Shown in pieces: positions 1-10,820 of a stretch of 60,734 nucleotides of DNA. A program made the translations under genes and the position numbers. The stretch is from an uncultured virus (IMG/VR IMGVR_UViG_3300046340_000069) (Duplodnaviria; Heunggongvirae; Uroviricota; Caudoviricetes), in IMG/VR virus record IMGVR_UViG_3300046340_000069; one strand, given 5' to 3'. Within the stretch, counting starts at the first letter, position 1. The number at the start of each line of letters is the position of its first letter. The notes beneath the pieces were generated by a model, which was not told the DNA's origin, made no database searches, and saw only the letters and a program-made list of their open reading frames with translations.

Positions 1-4
1 AGTA

Positions 5-649
5 ATGGAATTACAAAAATCTGGTTATACCGAAGAACAGATTTTAGAAGTAATCAAGAAAAGTACTCATAATTCTACTTCAGATAAAGCACCAGTACCA
101 CCAATAAATCCTGATTCTGATAAATTAAACCAATTGTTAGGCGACGATCATCCGATAGATGATAAAAATACATCTGGTGGTAAGCGGAAAGGTAGTAAAT
201 CTGGTGGTAAGCAGAAAGGTAGTAAATCTGGGGGTACGCGGAAAGGGGATGAACCCGTAGAAGAGGATCTGATTAATGCGGAATCCCTAGAAAACCCAGA
301 AGAGGATCTGATTAATGCGGAATCCCTAGAAAACTCAGAAGAGGATCTGATTAATGCGGAATCCCTAGAAAACTCAGAAGAGGATCTGATTAATGCGGAA
401 TCCCTAGAAAACTCAGAAGATTATGATGACGAAGAACTAAAAAAAGCGGTAATACTCAAAGATAGCGGTGTTGCTCCCAATAAACCAACTGCAACAGAGA
501 CTAGTATTAAAAAAGTTAATGTAAAATTGGTGTTGGTCAATTTCTTCATTGATGCCAAGATTGTTGATAATGGCGATGGTACTGTTTCATACAACATCAC
601 CCAAGAACAGCACGCTGAGTTTCAGCGTAATTGTATGAATATCCAGTAA
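5..649 (+). CDS. Hypothetical low-complexity protein with internal tandem repeats (possibly 5'-truncated by the window edge)
   Basis: 214-aa ORF with GGKxKGSKS x2-3 and EEDLINAESLENS x4. Confidence 0.7.
   Translation: MELQKSGYTEEQILEVIKKSTHNSTSDKAPVPPINPDSDKLNQLLGDDHPIDDKNTSGGKRKGSKSGGKQKGSKSGGTRKGDEPVEEDLINAESLENPEEDLINAESLENSEEDLINAESLENSEEDLINAESLENSEDYDDEELKKAVILKDSGVAPNKPTATETSIKKVNVKLVLVNFFIDAKIVDNGDGTVSYNITQEQHAEFQRNCMNIQ
259..420 (+). repeat. 39-bp tandem repeat, 4 units (coding VNTR)
   Basis: agaagaggatctgattaatgcggaatccctagaaaac(c/t)c at 259, 298, 337, 376. Confidence 0.95.
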
Positions 650-781
650 TTTAATAAGGGAACGCTTGATACCGATCCCTTTAATGACAAGAAGGTATTA
701 AGTCAAACTACTTCAATTTTAACCTTTTTTTAACCATTTACTACTTGACTTATTAACGTCGTATGTACTATACTAACTGTA

Positions 782-1048
782 ATGAGTCTAAAACTCACGT
801 CTTCTAACCCAAACAAGGAATATCGAAACATGAACGCTAAAGATATGATCATTTCATCGGTAGACTCTAATGGAGATGTCACTATTCTTGCCACTAAGTA
901 CGATCCCACAATTCTCCACCCTATCACGGTGTTTGCCAACACTGGATTTTACGGGTGGATTCTAAAAATCCACGACAACAAAACTACGATTAATAATGAT
1001 GCTCCTACCAGCATCTTAAATCGAGTATATAACTTAATCACTTGGTAG
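782..1048 (+). CDS. Hypothetical protein
   Basis: 88-aa ORF followed by a hairpin. Confidence 0.55.
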   Translation: MSLKLTSSNPNKEYRNMNAKDMIISSVDSNGDVTILATKYDPTILHPITVFANTGFYGWILKIHDNKTTINNDAPTSILNRVYNLITW

Positions 1049-1063
1049 ATTCTATGTCCAATC

Positions 1064-1098
1064 CAACTAAGTCCACACATTTGTGTGGACTTAGTTGA
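1064..1098 (+). terminator. Stem-loop, probable terminator
   Basis: caactaagtccacaca-tt-tgtgtggacttagttg inverted repeat. Confidence 0.55.
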
Positions 1099-1521
1099 TG
1101 CTACTTTAGTATTATAAACTTTCTTCTCTGTTTCTGTTTACCCACTTCAAAAAAAAAATATAACTAAAAAGTTATCTTTTTTTTGTTATTGGGATAAGCC
1201 AATTATGCTCTCAGATCCGTCTAGAGTGCCCCTCAACGCACGAAAACTAGAATAATGACTTACTATATCAAATTACAGCTGTCGTGCCTTACAGAGCATT
1301 CTAGAGGGATATTAAATTTGATATAGTAAGTCATCATATTAATATTGGGATATCCGCCATTGTGCTTAATCTGTTAAAATGGCTTGCAATTAGATCGGAT
1401 TAGTGAGATAGTTAAAACAGTTAAACAAGACAACCAAAATAATATGACATATCTTGAATTATACGATGTATTACACAAGCTGTTCCCAGATCTGGTAGGA
1501 GAACTCAACAATCTAGATTAT

Positions 1522-2860
1522 CGGAGATTTGGGTAAAAACCCCGTCCTGAAGGACGGCTTTCTTCTAATTGCTCCTTGACTTTCTATATTTTCTCCGCTA
1601 TACTATATACATATCCCATTAATCAATACAATGCTTTCTCGCTATAATTATCGATTTTATCCAACTCCTCACCAACAGTTGCGCCTTGCGCATACTTTTG
1701 GTTGCTGTCGTTTTGTTTATAATCATATTTTAGCGATTATTAAATCTAATACTCTCAAATTTACTTCTGCTTACGATCTAATTAAACTTGTTACTTTACT
1801 TAAATCTGAGCACACTTTTCTGAAAGATGTCTCGTCTGTTGCTCTTCAACAATCTGTTTCTAATTTAGGTAGTTCGTTTAAAAACTTTTTTGATTCCCTG
1901 AAAGGGAAACGCAAAGGTCAAAAAATAGGTTTCCCTAAATTTAAAAAACGTACTAATTCTCAAAGTTGTACATTTCAATCTAATGGGTATCAATTACTAG
2001 CAAATGGCGAAATATCTATAGCTAAAATCGGTACGATTAAACCTATATATTCTCGCGAATTGCCTTCTACCCCTACTTCTTGCACGATTACTAAAGATTG
2101 TGCAGATAGATATTTTATCAGTTTTGTCGTACAAGTAGAACCAGTACAAATATATAGCGAATCACCGAGTATCGGTATCGATTTAGGTATTCAAACTTTT
2201 GCTATTTGTTCTGATGGGACTGCATATAAATCTCCTAATACCTATAATAAACTCTATGACAAGATTGCTAAAGCACAACATAAACATGCTAAGTCACAAC
2301 CAGGATCTAAACGTAGAAACAATCTTAGGCTTTCGATAGCAAAATTACATAACAAAATTACTGATATTCGTAAGGATTTCCATCATAAAGTAAGTACTTT
2401 AATTTGCAGCAAAAACCAAACTGTAAGTTTAGAACATCTGAATGTAAAAGGAATGCTTGCTAATCGAAAATTGTCGAAAGCAATAAGTAGACAAGGGTGG
2501 AGTAATTTTGTAGTACTAATTAAAGCTAAATGTGATAAATTTGGGAGAGAATTTGTACAGATAGGGAGATTCTATCCAAGCAGTCAGATATGTAACGAGT
2601 GTGGATACCGATGGGGTTCGCTAGACTTGTCCATAAGGACGATTAAATGCGAAAGATGCGGAGTAATACACGATAGAGACATAAATGCAGCAAAGAATAT
2701 AGATAAAGTCGGCATCGGTCATGGGCACGACTATAAATGTGCGGTGAGAGCAGGTAAGACTAGATAGTAACCCTTACGGGGTAATTGTGTAGCAATTGTT
2801 CTGAGAAACGCAAAGGAATCCCTGAGAGAAGCGATGCTTTAGCACAGGGAGGTATGTCAA
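1522..2860 (+). mobile_element. IS200/IS605-family tnpB-only (IS1341-like) element inserted 3' of TTAT
   Basis: Left end cggagatttgggtaaaaacccc with subterminal hairpin ccgtcctgaaggacgg; right end ...gggaggtatgtcaa; both ends shared with the mini copy at 46485-46593; no tnpA in the window. Confidence 0.85.
1631..2767 (+). CDS. tnpB: RNA-guided endonuclease TnpB
   Basis: N-terminal YRFYPT..FGCCRFVYN HTH, RuvC motifs GIDLG / SLEHL / HDRDINAAKNI, zinc finger CNEC..CERC. Confidence 0.95.
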   Translation: MLSRYNYRFYPTPHQQLRLAHTFGCCRFVYNHILAIIKSNTLKFTSAYDLIKLVTLLKSEHTFLKDVSSVALQQSVSNLGSSFKNFFDSLKGKRKGQKIGFPKFKKRTNSQSCTFQSNGYQLLANGEISIAKIGTIKPIYSRELPSTPTSCTITKDCADRYFISFVVQVEPVQIYSESPSIGIDLGIQTFAICSDGTAYKSPNTYNKLYDKIAKAQHKHAKSQPGSKRRNNLRLSIAKLHNKITDIRKDFHHKVSTLICSKNQTVSLEHLNVKGMLANRKLSKAISRQGWSNFVVLIKAKCDKFGREFVQIGRFYPSSQICNECGYRWGSLDLSIRTIKCERCGVIHDRDINAAKNIDKVGIGHGHDYKCAVRAGKTR

Positions 2861-2876
2861 ATCTAACACAAATATC
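2700..2876 (+). ncRNA. TnpB omegaRNA (right-end RNA) with guide from the flank after 2860; 5' boundary approximate
   Basis: Structured right end (cccttacgggg; ccctgag...cacaggg) ending in TCAA; position as established for TnpB omegaRNAs. Confidence 0.65.
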
Positions 2877-2905
2877 TGTATTAACATTGAGGTTAGTATA
2901 GTAAG

Positions 2906-3442
2906 TTGAATAACATTCCTACCAGGCACATATTAATGTCATTCCCCAAAAATTGTTATCGAATTCGCGCTACCGTACCATCATTCGGCACTCATCTAAT
3001 TTCGGAATTACAAGAATTTTTTAATATTACCAGAGACATAATAAAAGCAGATCTATTACATTATGTCACAAATATTAAAAAAGAATACGAATTTATGCGG
3101 TTTAGTATATCAGAAATAGCCGAAGATGGCTATGATGAACAATTTAGTATTATAAAATATTTCAAGTTAGATGACGACAATCGAGTAATTTATGTAAAAG
3201 AATTATTCAATGATCCGCAAGCTATAATAGATTTTGCGGATAATACGATAGGTGTAACCGAGTTAGTAGATACACTTGCTGAGGTTCTATATAGGTATAT
3301 TTCCATACCACCAAAATTATTACTTTTTGTTGAGTATTTGAATGAAAATGAGTATTACACAATGTTTCCTTGGGAAACATTGTCAGAGTATTTTATTCGG
3401 CACCATCATATACTAGACCGATATCATTTAACTAGTAAATAA
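2906..3442 (+). CDS. Hypothetical protein (start may be ATG ~2936)
   Basis: 178-aa ORF in the co-oriented small-gene array. Confidence 0.65.
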   Translation: MNNIPTRHILMSFPKNCYRIRATVPSFGTHLISELQEFFNITRDIIKADLLHYVTNIKKEYEFMRFSISEIAEDGYDEQFSIIKYFKLDDDNRVIYVKELFNDPQAIIDFADNTIGVTELVDTLAEVLYRYISIPPKLLLFVEYLNENEYYTMFPWETLSEYFIRHHHILDRYHLTSK

Positions 3443-3540
3443 ACAAACATTCCTCAAAATAGCCTATAGACAATTCAGAACGGATCGAATAAAATACTAT
3501 ATGAGTTGAGCAAACATAATTCTACCAAAATGGAACTAAA

Positions 3541-3858
3541 ATGAATTACAGAATTTTAATTAAACCAGAGTATGATGGCGATACCGATCCTGGGCAGTTT
3601 GGGGATTGTACCGACGAAACTGTCCAATGGATTAAGGAACAATTATGGAATAATAATGTTTGGGCATGGTGTACCGTCACAGTTAGTATAGATTTTCCAT
3701 ATTTGGGGATTTTTTTGAGTGAGTCAATTCGTACATGTAGTTATGAGTCAGAAGAGGACTTCAAAAACAGTAGATGCTACGATAGTATGGTGGTTATGCT
3801 CAAACAACGTGTAGTGGATGCGTGTACCATACTCACAAACGAACTGGTAATACAATAA
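3541..3858 (+). CDS. Hypothetical phage protein
   Basis: 105-aa ORF with an upstream GGA RBS-like site. Confidence 0.7.
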   Translation: MNYRILIKPEYDGDTDPGQFGDCTDETVQWIKEQLWNNNVWAWCTVTVSIDFPYLGIFLSESIRTCSYESEEDFKNSRCYDSMVVMLKQRVVDACTILTNELVIQ

Positions 3859-4069
3859 TCAGCTATGATGTAAACATACTTAATTAGACCTAAACTATGT
3901 ATGACGGGATAAAAAATGAAAATTATTAATTGTGTAGTAGCGTGGATTGATTGGAGATTGTCTGATATACAGTGCGGATTTTGCAAAATTAAGTGGAAAT
4001 ATCAAGTCTGGAACTTGACTATTATAAAAAGGGACAATTTGGGTAGTTTGTTTGACTACATGTAAGTCA

Positions 4070-4135
4070 ATTGGCGGATAGACAACCATAGAATCTATCC
4101 GCTATGATGTAAACATACTAAATAGAGGTTAATAA
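4070..4135 (+). promoter_or_regulatory. Stem-loop-embedded sigma70-like promoter (type B module; related copies ~3858, 5311, 5713, 6061, 7498, 8931)
   Basis: ggcggatagaca...ctatccgc-tatgat-gtaaacatac; -35 TAGACA and -10 TATGAT sit in or next to an inverted repeat. Confidence 0.6.
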
Positions 4136-4136
4136 C

Positions 4137-4700
4137 ATGACGGACACAAAAGTAGTTTTGCTTCTTTTCTTTTCTGGCACATACGACACTATATGGGCAC
4201 CACCATATCCTACAGACGACAATGGTGACGAACTATTAGGCGATCTAGACTTTGGATTATATATGAATTATATATCACACGGTATTACATTAGAAGTAGA
4301 CAAATTGCTACCATTTGCTGATGGGGATGTAGTATTTCAGTCGTGTCACGTACCAAAAGAATACAATAGTGTCACTGACACTATTATAGTGACATTAAAG
4401 AACTACCGAAATAACATAAATTATCTACGTGGATATGCAGCATATCACAAAAAATACTTCCAAAAGTATCTCAACAGTAATTTTAAATCCTGTGATGGAT
4501 TTATTTCATACTACTCTGATAATTATGATTTTTGGGCACAACAATATTCTGAAGATCTTGATGAAGTGGAAGTTGGAACATACTTGTCATTCTATCTGAT
4601 AAGTGAAGTATCTGTAGATTTGAACGAATACATTTTTGATTCAGTGGCTACAGATGTAAGAGAATGGGTATCGGACAACTTCACTTATGAGTCTGAATAG
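4137..4700 (+). CDS. Hypothetical protein
   Basis: 187-aa acidic, Tyr-rich ORF with GAGG RBS. Confidence 0.75.
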   Translation: MTDTKVVLLLFFSGTYDTIWAPPYPTDDNGDELLGDLDFGLYMNYISHGITLEVDKLLPFADGDVVFQSCHVPKEYNSVTDTIIVTLKNYRNNINYLRGYAAYHKKYFQKYLNSNFKSCDGFISYYSDNYDFWAQQYSEDLDEVEVGTYLSFYLISEVSVDLNEYIFDSVATDVREWVSDNFTYESE

Positions 4701-4995
4701 ACTACAATTATTAAATTTAATAATCTTAGCCGATCTGATTAGATCGGCTATTTTTTATGCCAGATCGATCTCACTCCTCTCTACTGTGCCTAAAATGCCC
4801 TATAAGACGGATCTAACTGATTTTAGGTATATCTCACCTACACCAAAAATACAATGTATAAATTGTAGGTGAAAACAAATGGCTGAGACACAATGTAATC
4901 TCTAAGCCATTATGCCCAATCTCTTGAAATAGCTTGCTATTAGATTCGATTGGTGAGATAGTAAAGAGGTAAGCAACAAATCGAACCATATAAAA
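4701..4995 (+). repeat. Repeated intergenic cassette (type A): palindrome + terminator + CTAGAATGCCC-like motif + hairpin + promoter; copies ~1355-1440 (partial), 6978-7236, 8411-8740, 9650-9884, 10860-11122, 11610-11911
   Basis: Shared blocks agccgatc..gatcggct-T-run, gtataaattgtag, aaatggct..agccattatg, cttgcaattagatcggattagtgggatagt. Confidence 0.85.
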
Positions 4996-5386
4996 AATGA
5001 CTTGCCCCCTACGCCGCTCTAACGTTTACTCACTATCTGCAACAATTAATTTTGACAATATCGATTATGATCGGGGGAGAATTAGAGTCCAATTGGGTAT
5101 CATTTATATATGGGTGGCTAACTCATATCCGACAAAATTATACTATCAACAATGATATTGGATTTATTACTTTTGTTGGTAAAGATTATTATGGTCATAT
5201 AACTTATACTCGCACTCGCCGAATTTATTTAAATAGTTCCCGATTGTATATTAAAACGTTAATATAAAACCTATACTATCTATTAATAAACATCTCAGTA
5301 GTTAAGTAATTTGGCTGATGTGTATATATCCTCACATCAGCTACCATCTAATCAGTCAATCTAAACATATACAAAAGGTAAACAAA

Positions 5387-5701
5387 ATGAGTCTTGAAAC
5401 ATTAAATGATACTTTCGGATTGCCACAAGATGCTACATTAGAAGATATACAAGTATTTTTTAAACAAAATAGTGTGTCTTACCAGATATTTACCCGTCCG
5501 CACGATAAGAATGGTGATCGGTGCTACATAATAGCAGTATATATGACTACTGGTAAGGTATACGGCTTTAAAACTTATAACACTAGTATTTGTCTATCAA
5601 TGTTTAAATTTTGTAATAAACTACCAATACAATTAGAATTATCCCCAGCTAATTTTAAATTTTTAGATAAACATCAAATAGATTTTGTATTTCATTGTTA
5701 A
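5387..5701 (+). CDS. Hypothetical protein
   Basis: ORF; start moved to the ATG after aaaggtaaacaaa. Confidence 0.7.
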   Translation: MSLETLNDTFGLPQDATLEDIQVFFKQNSVSYQIFTRPHDKNGDRCYIIAVYMTTGKVYGFKTYNTSICLSMFKFCNKLPIQLELSPANFKFLDKHQIDFVFHC

Positions 5702-5777
5702 TCTCAGTCATCTGGCGGATTGAATATACCAAACCCAATCCGCTATCATGTAAACAACAAATAAATAGAGACATAAC

Positions 5778-6041
5778 ATGAAATTAACCGAATATATCAA
5801 TCCTTGGATCATATGGTATGCAGATGGCGAAATAATAGAAACGCAACATAACTCACGACCATTAGCTGAGTCTTTTCATAAAATATGTACGGTTTATCCT
5901 GGAATAAATATGAAGTATTTGCAACATATATTTGATTCGTACGATATAGAAAACTTAGCAGATCCTATCTATGTTGAAAACATTTTTTGCGAAAAATTAG
6001 CACTATATCACGACGAACTATACCCATACTCAGAGGATTAA
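5778..6041 (+). CDS. Hypothetical protein
   Basis: 87-aa ORF after a type B promoter module. Confidence 0.7.
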   Translation: MKLTEYINPWIIWYADGEIIETQHNSRPLAESFHKICTVYPGINMKYLQHIFDSYDIENLADPIYVENIFCEKLALYHDELYPYSED

Positions 6042-6137
6042 GTAGACTATATTGCGACAATTGGCTGATAGACAAATACTCACTCTATCAGTTAAAGTTG
6101 AAACATACCAAATCGAATCATAACTAGGTAAACAAAA

Positions 6138-6977
6138 ATGGCAACTGCAATCGAATCAATTACAGAATCTTACAATTTAGTCGATGGTAATATGGAGATA
6201 TGCCCTAAAAATAAAGGTAAGTGGATCACATCTGACATGTTGCGCATCGGTGACTATGACAATAGTACCGATGTACAGCGTGCTAATGTATCATACATTT
6301 TGGAACATTATGCGTCAAATCGTTATCATGAAACACATTTAGGGTATGGTCATCATCAAATATTTCTTAAATTTACCGAAGTAAACGCAGCATTGGTATG
6401 TGATCTAGAGGATTATCCTACCATCTGTGATTCGTACTACTATGACTGGCAACAAAAACATTCTAAGGAATACTTCAATGATAGTGATATATCATATTAT
6501 CCTGTAATCGAGCAAGCATTAAATCGACTACATGAAGATACAGATTGGACTGTATCAGATCGGATCTATGGTGCTATACTACATTTTTCTGACTTATGGT
6601 GTGGCGGAGAATCTTATCATTGGAGCGGTTCATCATACTACTTCACTCTGCAAGATAGTAATTATGCTTCTGATGACAATATAAATGAAGTAGTTTTATA
6701 CTTTATCGATAACCCACCATACTCAAAAAAAGATCTTAACCCAAATACAATTGATAACATAATACAAAATGTAACTCCTGGCATATATACCCTAGTTGCT
6801 ACTAGTTATAATGACTTAGAATTACATGGTGGTGGTATAGACTACATGACTACTCACGATTATCCTATGCAAGAGATTACAATATATGACGGCGATGACA
6901 TTAAATCCATAATACAAGACGCATACAATGAAATAGTCGAATACAATTTTGAATATCTCGATTATGCACCTATATAA
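6138..6977 (+). CDS. Hypothetical protein
   Basis: 279-aa ORF, aggt RBS. Confidence 0.8.
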   Translation: MATAIESITESYNLVDGNMEICPKNKGKWITSDMLRIGDYDNSTDVQRANVSYILEHYASNRYHETHLGYGHHQIFLKFTEVNAALVCDLEDYPTICDSYYYDWQQKHSKEYFNDSDISYYPVIEQALNRLHEDTDWTVSDRIYGAILHFSDLWCGGESYHWSGSSYYFTLQDSNYASDDNINEVVLYFIDNPPYSKKDLNPNTIDNIIQNVTPGIYTLVATSYNDLELHGGGIDYMTTHDYPMQEITIYDGDDIKSIIQDAYNEIVEYNFEYLDYAPI

Positions 6978-7236
6978 TTATTAAATTTAATATCTAGATC
7001 GATTATCCGATCTAGATATCATCTCTATGACCGCTAGAATGCCCCAGAACTGCTCTAATCATCAAACTAGACTCGTACTCGTCTCAATCATTACGACACT
7101 GTATAAATTGTAGTAGGAAACAAATGGCTTAGACACAACGTAATCTCTAAGCCATTATACTGAATCTCTTAAAATAGCTTGCAATTAGATCGGATTAGTG
7201 GGATAGTTAAGAAGTCGAGCAAACAACACAACAACA

Positions 7237-7485
7237 ATGATAACTCAACTGTATCTTATTAAACGAATCTGTTCAGACTATACCAAATCTAAATCAGTCT
7301 ACTATAATTATGGTAGTATCGATGATGCGATATCAACTACTAAGAATACTTGTGAGACTATATTTAATTATAACCATGTAGCAGAATCATCTATATTTGA
7401 AATATGGGCAGATGATAGTAAATTAGTGACAATAACAACTAATTTGGTAGATTTTTGTCCAGATACTATGGTTACTTTTCATTAA
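7237..7485 (+). CDS. Hypothetical protein
   Basis: 82-aa ORF directly after a type A cassette. Confidence 0.65.
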   Translation: MITQLYLIKRICSDYTKSKSVYYNYGSIDDAISTTKNTCETIFNYNHVAESSIFEIWADDSKLVTITTNLVDFCPDTMVTFH

Positions 7486-7573
7486 ACTTCCGCAATTTAG
7501 CTGATGTGTAACTATCCTCATATCAGCTACCATGTAAACATACTCAATCGAAACACATACAAGGTAAACACCA

Positions 7574-7936
7574 ATGTCCAATACCTCTAACAGTAAATTT
7601 GTCCTAGATTCTGTACGGAATCATGTTACACAATCTGTATCTATTGATGGTACTGTTCCATCATTCTCTGCTGCGGCTGTCTATGTTTGGCATGAATTCA
7701 TACGAGTTACAAATAATGATTATTATAAACATCATTTTCCCAACTTGCAAGATCGGTTTAGTAATTATCTCGATGGCTTACCTCACTCATTTTTAATTTA
7801 TTATAATGAGATGGAAACCTATCTAGATACACTCGGTCTTAACAATAATTCCAAGACTAAATTTAGTGAAGACAAAATACATAAAATGTATCACTTTCTT
7901 ATCTATAAAGTAATATATCGCGAAATTTCAAAATAA
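7574..7936 (+). CDS. Hypothetical phage protein
   Basis: 120-aa ORF, aaggt RBS. Confidence 0.75.
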   Translation: MSNTSNSKFVLDSVRNHVTQSVSIDGTVPSFSAAAVYVWHEFIRVTNNDYYKHHFPNLQDRFSNYLDGLPHSFLIYYNEMETYLDTLGLNNNSKTKFSEDKIHKMYHFLIYKVIYREISK

Positions 7937-8001
7937 TACATTATTGGCGATCTGATATTACAGATCGCCGTAACTACTCACTCACCTAACCTTAAAATAC
8001 A

Positions 8002-8409
8002 ATGAATCATTCTAAACTACAATCTATAGAATTTGACGGATCTATTGCATTTAATGATGCTACTGAATTACTAGAATACGTTCAATTACTTACTGGCATC
8101 ATACCAGATGATAATGAGCATTGTATTATTAATGGTGAGAAATACTACTACAATGATGTGATAACTCCACTATTCGATATCTTTGCCGCAATTTTACTAG
8201 CATTCCCTACACTCACATCAGAACAACAAAATACAATCTCACTACTTGAAGATTACAGTGACTTAAATAAATATCGTATCGGTAGCTGTGGTATTACATT
8301 AGATGACATTTATGATCATGACGAAAATAATTTTCATTATGGCATTCGCCATATCTATGAACTATTAGGGGGGATTGCCCCAACTACTGATGATGCTGAA
8401 GCTGAATAA
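8002..8409 (+). CDS. Hypothetical protein
   Basis: 135-aa ORF. Confidence 0.7.
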   Translation: MNHSKLQSIEFDGSIAFNDATELLEYVQLLTGIIPDDNEHCIINGEKYYYNDVITPLFDIFAAILLAFPTLTSEQQNTISLLEDYSDLNKYRIGSCGITLDDIYDHDENNFHYGIRHIYELLGGIAPTTDDAEAE

Positions 8410-8686
8410 CACTACAAATTATTAAATTTAATAATACAAAAGCCGTTCTCATCAGATCGGCTTTTTTGGTTTATAGCAGTTCTACTCGATCCTTAACATC
8501 ATCTCTAAGGTGCCCAGAATGCCCTATAACGAATCAAACACTCAAACTAGACTCATAATCACCTTACTAATTACGACACTGTATAAATTGTAGTGATACA
8601 CAAATGGCTTAGACCTATCGTAATCAATACGTCATTATGCTTAATCTCTTAAAATAGCTTGCAATTAGATCGCATTAGTGGGATAG

Positions 8687-8953
8687 TTGAGAGGTAAACA
8701 AATAGCCGCTAATCAAATGATTCCACTAATCCGACTTAAAAATATGATAGCTACCGAACAAAAGGTTTATGCTACCTGGAATAAACAAAGAATTACTATC
8801 AATAATGTATTACTTTCTGAAATATTTTTTAGTATACATGGTAGTTCTATATTCAATCAATTACATCATACTACAATAGATCACTTATCCGATATAAGTT
8901 ATGATATAGTCCCTAATAAATATCAGCCATTTGGCCGTTCCTATCTATCCTAA
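8687..8953 (+). CDS. Hypothetical protein (true start probably ATG at 8718 or 8744)
   Basis: ORF after a type A cassette. Confidence 0.5.
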   Translation: MRGKQIAANQMIPLIRLKNMIATEQKVYATWNKQRITINNVLLSEIFFSIHGSSIFNQLHHTTIDHLSDISYDIVPNKYQPFGRSYLS

Positions 8954-9007
8954 GATCGGCTACCATATAAACATAACAAGCAAACCGCCACTAAGGGAAC
9001 AGAGAAC

Positions 9008-9649
9008 ATGAATTTTCAAACCACTACAACTAATTTCAATCTATTTCTTACCACTAATGGGTACCCTACATCAGAAAATACAATGTATCTTTTGTCTAAG
9101 TCTTATGATGTTTTCCTGACAACTAATTCATACGATCATTTTGTAGATAAAATGCTACAATATGTCTCAGAATCCTATAATACAGAGTTAGATCGTATAG
9201 AACAATGTTTCGATATATTAGGTGATGAGGTATTACTATCTCCCACTATATTCATAGATCTATTGTATGGATTTTATAAGATCCAACAAATACTCGATCT
9301 TAACACTAGTGACAATCTATTACTAATGACTCAGTATGATATACTAACCTTAACTCTAAGTGTCCTTAATTTTTGTGAATATGGTAGCACTTTTATCGAT
9401 TTTGCAAAAATCATATCGATCTGTGATACAGCTTGTGACATAACTTTACTACAACATGACTTTATTGTGTGGTATACATTACAATTATATCCATATACTA
9501 CCCAAAAATTCACTTTATCCGAATTTCGTGATACAATGTGTAATCTAGATATAGTAGCATCTCGTAAAGTACCCTATGGATTAAATAATACACTTCTCAA
9601 TTTTGGCTGTTTCAAAAATATTAATGGTATATACATTCAACTACCATAA
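9008..9649 (+). CDS. Hypothetical protein
   Basis: 213-aa ORF. Confidence 0.75.
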   Translation: MNFQTTTTNFNLFLTTNGYPTSENTMYLLSKSYDVFLTTNSYDHFVDKMLQYVSESYNTELDRIEQCFDILGDEVLLSPTIFIDLLYGFYKIQQILDLNTSDNLLLMTQYDILTLTLSVLNFCEYGSTFIDFAKIISICDTACDITLLQHDFIVWYTLQLYPYTTQKFTLSEFRDTMCNLDIVASRKVPYGLNNTLLNFGCFKNINGIYIQLP

Positions 9650-9884
9650 CCCTACTATCTATTACCTTTAATAACACAGCCGATCTGATTAAGATCGGCT
9701 GTTTTTTTGTTCTTAATTTACGCGATCGTTCTCACTACTCTATTACTATCTTCTCTATTACCGCTATTATGCCATCAGATTACGACATTGTAGTGAGAAA
9801 CATAAGCTATTATGCTTAACTTCTGGCAGACTGCTAGATATCTCGTTATAATTTAAGAGTAAACAGATTTCGGAGATACGACTC

Positions 9885-10211
9885 ATGACTACTTCTACTC
9901 ATTATGTATTACTAACTCATTGTCTAGAATATTCCTATAATGACTACGAATCAGATGAATCAGATGAATCATACTACACATACGAATTGATTGTACCACA
10001 CTCATTCGCTGATGTGGTAGAAACTGCTTTAGATTATGGTAATGTAAGCTACAGTTGGAACTGCGAATATAATGATTGCCAACACTATGTTTTAGATGAG
10101 ACTCCAGCAGATGACAATGAATGGAAAAAAGTGACAGATCGATTATCGATGATAATGTCTGAATTTTGTATAGATTACCATCATGACCTAATCTGCTACC
10201 ATATTTATTAA
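9885..10211 (+). CDS. Hypothetical protein
   Basis: 108-aa ORF, ggag RBS, promoter variant with -10 TATAAT. Confidence 0.7.
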   Translation: MTTSTHYVLLTHCLEYSYNDYESDESDESYYTYELIVPHSFADVVETALDYGNVSYSWNCEYNDCQHYVLDETPADDNEWKKVTDRLSMIMSEFCIDYHHDLICYHIY

Positions 10212-10594
10212 CTTTAATACCACAGCCGATCTTAATCAGATCGGCTGTTTTTTTGTACCTGAATTCACCACAAAATACTACATTATTTGGTAGGCACACT
10301 CTATTATAACAATTTGTTATAACATCAAATATTAATGAATGTTATAATAAATTGTTATAACATTCATTTTGTAGTATTGTTTGGGTGGATATAGAAATCA
10401 CTCCAAACCCATACACAGCACTACATTCAGCCATTTCAAAAACTACAAAAGTGACACCACTTTGACACCACTTTTTGTAAGACTTATGGTAAAATCTACT
10501 ATAACTTCTTACATATTAGGCTACAAATCTACTACACATTATTAAATTTAATAGTCTACTGAGCGATCGTTCTCAATGCTAGGTCAACCCCTTA

Positions 10595-10820
10595 CAAAAA
10601 GTCATTAAAAGGACTACAAACCTATTGGATACGTCATTATGCACTACTGATTATGTATGTCTATCTTGCTACCTAATGTAATAAAATCCAGATCTGGAGA
10701 TTGTAACTCCCAAACACTATACTCTGTAATATGTGTAGCGGTGGTATATACATTATCTAGTCAGTCTTTTGTAGACAAAAAGTCATTAAAAGGACTACAA
10801 ACCCATTGGAGATCGATCGC
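10595..10820 (+). repeat. ~180-bp non-coding tandem unit, duplicated again at 12290-12590
   Basis: aaaaagtcattaaaaggactacaaacc...caaacactatactctgtaatatgtgtagc...tagtcagtcttttgtagac near-identical at both loci. Confidence 0.9.

Noticed and set aside
259..420. 39-bp repeats as a CRISPR array
   Set aside because: Head-to-tail with no spacers and in frame within an ORF.
4997..5267. Possible single gene frameshifted at a G run near 5073-5077 (ATG 4997 frame joining the 5052-5267 frame)
   Set aside because: Plausible, but no paralog or motif is available to verify the join.
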